The notes under the pieces: generated by a model
The model's input: only the letters and a program-made list of their open reading frames with translations
The model's database searches: none
Told to the model about the DNA's origin: nothing
In this document: positions 60,065-64,000 of the stretch, piece by piece
Layout: each line of letters begins with the position of its first letter
How positions within the stretch are numbered: the first letter of the stretch is position 1
Position numbers and translations under genes: made by a program
DNA from: Porphyridium purpureum
Lineage: Eukaryota
Direction: 5' to 3'
DNA: 64,000 nt
Assembly: GCA_008690995.1 (NCBI GenBank)
Contig: VRMN01000001.1
Span: forward strand, 3,224,001-3,288,000

Positions 60065-61264
60065 TCACGGCAACTTCAGGCTTGGATACAAATGGATCTC
60101 GCCGGGCCCATACGCCATGATGCGGTTGACACAAAAGCCCTCGGGCACGACGAGCGGTGCCCTTTGAACTGAAGATACGCGTTCTGGAAGTCCCAAGGTG
60201 GCATGGCTCGTACCGTCCAACGCGGCTTCCTCAACGACAACAGAAAGCTGTGTGTGCCCACGCATGTCCTCGCTGCCTTGAAAATGGGATGTCAAGGCGT
60301 CCGGAAAGAGATCTTTTTCTCGCGTGGCGTATTGGCCGTCTGTATTGAACACTATTCCTCCCGTACGAGCAACGACACTCGATTCATGTATCTGCATTCC
60401 GCAGCTAACTATCAAATGCACATCCACCGGTACTTGCGACGCGGTATGCGAGCATCGCACCTGGCGCAACCGACCGCGTTTGTGATCTAGACACACTTCG
60501 ACGGCAAAACAGATGCGCTCAATGGTGAAAATGGATCTGCAGTCAGCACCCGAGACCTTAATTTCTCCATTCGACAGATTAATCGGAGGATACGCCACTG
60601 AAAGATCAGAGCATACGCGAGGTGCAAAGACAATTGCTCTCACATTGTTGGCGCTACAGTGTAGCTTATCCACGGCGAGACCTTTTGGGAACTCGACTGA
60701 GTTTTGCTTGTAGATGAAGACACGGTTGCGCACCATGTACAAGGACCGCTGCCGCGCCGACTCTGAGGCGTTCTGAAGCATGCTGAATAAAACTTCGCGC
60801 GCCTCTGTATCCGCTGAGTTGTCGTATGCACGCATCAGAAATGACATGTGCTCGCGCTGCTGGGCCTTGTAGGACGTCTCACGCGCCTGCGCAAGCGCAT
60901 CGCTATCCAGAATGGTGCCGCACACGAACAGCCAGTGCAGAAACTTGGGCGCTGAGGCAAGCTGTATCACCAAGCTCTGCAAATGGCCGAACCAGTTCTC
61001 GTCCGACGAGTCCATCGCGCCGAGCGGCGTGCGAAAGAAAAACTCTGGTACCACGAAAATATACATGCAGTCCGGTTCCTCCTGCCCCACCATCGTGTCA
61101 CGTGCCTGGTGCACCGCCGCGCTGAACAACGCAAAGCGGTCGTCGATAGCTTGTTCTGGGTTGGAAGTCCATTCGTCTCTGTCAAACGCTTCTGATTCAT
61201 CTCCCACCGGAGGTGTTGTCGAGACGACGTACCCGATACAACGCACGCGGCTATACCGCGCCAT
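60065..61264 (-). CDS. Uncharacterised carbon-nitrogen hydrolase (nitrilase-fold) protein
   Basis: Putative E-K-C triad: IFVVPEFFFR, VDKLHCS and FAVEVCLDH. ATG at 61264. Confidence 0.65.
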   Translation of the reverse strand: MARYSRVRCIGYVVSTTPPVGDESEAFDRDEWTSNPEQAIDDRFALFSAAVHQARDTMVGQEEPDCMYIFVVPEFFFRTPLGAMDSSDENWFGHLQSLVIQLASAPKFLHWLFVCGTILDSDALAQARETSYKAQQREHMSFLMRAYDNSADTEAREVLFSMLQNASESARQRSLYMVRNRVFIYKQNSVEFPKGLAVDKLHCSANNVRAIVFAPRVCSDLSVAYPPINLSNGEIKVSGADCRSIFTIERICFAVEVCLDHKRGRLRQVRCSHTASQVPVDVHLIVSCGMQIHESSVVARTGGIVFNTDGQYATREKDLFPDALTSHFQGSEDMRGHTQLSVVVEEAALDGTSHATLGLPERVSSVQRAPLVVPEGFCVNRIMAYGPGEIHLYPSLKLP

Positions 61265-61799
61265 TTCCGACACCACGCCCCACCTCGTTCTCCACGCAGA
61301 ACTGAAGATGCCAGCCCTGTGCCGTGCTCTTTGTCATGACTGTGTGCGCATGCGTGCGCTCGCATGCACAGCCAGACAGATATCCACGCTCGCGCCTCAG
61401 ACTTTCGTTCGTGAACGTTGGCCTTCAACGTGTAGGAAATTTTTTGTCCTAACGTCGCGTGAACACCGGTCAAGGTGAACAGATTCTCTTGTCGAACGTG
61501 GCCCCGGGTCGGCCTGACGGCGAAACACGCGCCGCAAACATGCTGAGCTGTGCGTGGATCATTCACAGCCCGGCATCTGTATGCGTGCAGATTGGTGTGG
61601 ATATTGGTTCACCCACGCGTCGGTGTGCGTTCGACGCCTTCCTTGCCGGTAAAGGATGCAAAGGAAAGGCCCGGTCGAAGCTCTGCCTGGAGCCAAAGCA
61701 TCAGTGCAATGTCAACGAATGTGGAAGGCCCGGAGACAGAGCGAAACTCTGGGGATTAGAAAACAGGCAGCAGGATAAACTGCTGTGTGGAACACTCAG

Positions 61800-64000
61800 T
61801 GGGGCTGGTTGAATGTTTTGGTCGCCTCATGGAACTCTGCTGACACGGCGGAAATGTGAGCTTTTCGTCGCCGCTCTGACGATACACGAAGATTTTGCAG
61901 ACTCGTGCTCACTGGTGTGCGGAGTATGCAATCATGCTCGATCAGGAGCGTGAGATGAATGACCTCCAAAGACGTCCTTCCTGAGGTATCCGAATCGGGC
62001 GCCGCTAGCGACTGGTGGAATCGACGCAAACGCAAGCCAGCAAATATTTTTCCATGCGAAAAGCAGGGCTTGGCATGAAATGCAAGGCCATGAGGTATTG
62101 TGACCAGGTGGCACGGCAGCTCTACTGTTTGTTGAACGAGATTCGCGCGTGCCCTTTGGACGTGAATGAAGATCGTAGATCAAGCTTCAGAACGCGCCTC
62201 TGGGCGTTTCACTCACACAGCAGGACGGTGTAGGTGCTTAGAAGCGGAGCTTGTGTGGCCGGGTATCAAGATGTGCAAGAGAGGGAGACCGTGCTAAGCA
62301 AAAAGGCATGGGGTGGAGGGGGCTTGAGCGCATGCATCACATGCGGCCACGTGCTTAGTTTGCTTTCTGAGAGGGCTCTGCAAGCAGAACCGAACCGTTC
62401 AATGGATCAAGTGAGAAAGAGTCACATTATTCGCTCCTTGACAGAAGAGTCATTTGATTGGAAAAGAGTCACATCAAGGTTGATCGTTTCGCCTCTGGTT
62501 TTGTACCACTGGCTGTTGTCCCAACCAGGAAACCCGTCAATACAGAGAAAAGAAGACTTGTCTTTAAATGTGCGACCGTTTACAGAAGGGTATTTCGCTT
62601 CCAGGCAGGCAGCAGACATTGAGCATCTGACAATGAGAAGCTCTGCATGAGGAACCTAGATTTGAGTGTCAGGACCTAAACAACAGCACGCCGAGTCCGT
62701 CCCAGCTGCAGAACTTCCATTCGGTTCTCGAAACCATCCTTAAAGTCGAAATGGTGAGAGAGCTTGGAGACGAAATGGATACCAAAGATTCTGAGCACGC
62801 CACGCCGCATCACGCCATGACACAAACCGGCCGGAGTGATGCAGTGTCTCGAAGATCCCGCCGTCCGATTGATTTCCTCGGCTAGTGTTCCCAATGTTTT
62901 GTAGAGAAAGAAGCAGGTGCGCTACATCAGCTTGTTCATCAGCATGTCGGGCATCATCTCCTGTCTCTTGAAAAATGTGCAGGGCAGTCTGTGGTCTCGG
63001 CTACCTTGTGCGGCTTTGGGGCATCATTAGAGATGGCTCAAAGCACGTCCCTGACGCTGGAGTCTCGCGGACAACAAAGCAAAGCTTGCATGACGATCAG
63101 AGACAGTTTGCACTCGGTGCACGAAATCGGAATTTTGGTTGACAGTAAAGATGAGAGACACATGCGTTTAAGTGTTCCCAACGGCTATTGGTAGGATGCT
63201 GGAGGACGCAAATGCGGAACAGTGCCGCTGGCAGCTGCAAGCTCACCCGATGACCATGACAAGTGTCATCCGGCGAGACCGAATCGAATCCATCGGAGGC
63301 GGCTTGAGCAGCTATCGATCGCCGGCTGCTCACGAATGATGCAGCAGTCCTCGCGCGCTTCTTACACTGTCATCCAGGCCAACATGTGTAAGGATGAACC
63401 CCTTTTTCGCAAGAGTTTATGCAAAGCACCTCATTTAAGTAGAGCGCGCATAGGGTTTTGTTTGCCTGTGGCTTTTCTGATAACGCAACAGAACGCTCCG
63501 GGCAGGACTCGGTCTGACACAAACGCGCCATGTCGCGCGATTCACAACGCTTTCGCGACCACGTATTCGCCGCGATCATGATGCCTCCAGCGCAGTGCTC
63601 GGTTCGCTGCGTTGTGCGTGCTCGTCGGCTTGATGCATTGTCGTATAAGGTGCGTGAAGTCGCGTGCGTTGAAGAGTGGTTACCGAACAAATGCCAGACG
63701 ATTGCCAGACGTGCGGAAGGCAAGCGGGCAAGACGCAGAGAATGATGTCCTTTCGGCCACGAGAAGTGACCGCGACATTTGAAATAATGGACTTTGGTTC
63801 TGACGATCTAGGCGCACTGTTGCTGTCGGCTGCGTCAAACAGCAAAGTACTTTCATGCGCAGAAGACACCTCAAGACGACCAGACAGAGCCAGTTCGGAT
63901 TCGAGTTTGCCTCCTTCATATGAAAGCACCGTTGAAATGTCTTTCGGACAGCAGCGCGAACTTGCGCGCACAAGGGTATGCTTTACTTCTCTTGAAGCCA
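61800..64000 (-). pseudogene. Probable decayed coding region of unknown family; boundaries approximate
   Basis: A chain of short minus-strand ORFs with protein-like composition (63576-63971, 62676-62894, 62422-62619, 61796-62035) separated by stops and frame changes. Confidence 0.3.

Noticed and set aside
1..64000. Prokaryotic origin, operons, CRISPR arrays or transposons
   Set aside because: Bacterial-type genes (gyrB, ispG) carry transit peptides and sit among eukaryote-specific genes. No repeat-spacer arrays, transposase/RT motifs or terminal repeats were seen by eye.

Overview
A gene-dense, almost intron-free eukaryotic nuclear segment with about 24 recognisable or probable protein genes. 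It is most likely from a unicellular red alga (Porphyridium-like; inferred from single-exon genes, F-containing plastid transit peptides such as MFVG/MASFV/MVLGFV, and cyanobacterial-type IspG and GyrB). Genes include Nup155 (runs off the left edge and is missing from the ORF track), an AT3-SGNH O-acyltransferase, a glycosyltransferase, tandem R2R3-MYBs, TraB, GGCT, RING-H2, a DUF2064/TIGR04282 transferase, UTP20, ankyrin, SUN, LEA-like, MgtE, SNF2, gyrB, an FAD monooxygenase, ispG, a C2-like protein, a PH-kinase and a nitrilase-fold protein. The standout is a circularly permuted tRNA-Thr(CGU) gene at 18250-18355. Its 3' half lies upstream of its 5' half, the halves join at 37/38 through a bulge-helix-bulge (BHB), and it carries a second 18-nt intron in the T-loop, with an upstream TATA box and a downstream T5 terminator. 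Also noted: a spliced 104-aa gene missed by the ORF track, clusters of MYB/MSA-like motifs in three promoters, and several decayed or frameshifted ORFs. All family calls are by motif recognition; no searches were run.
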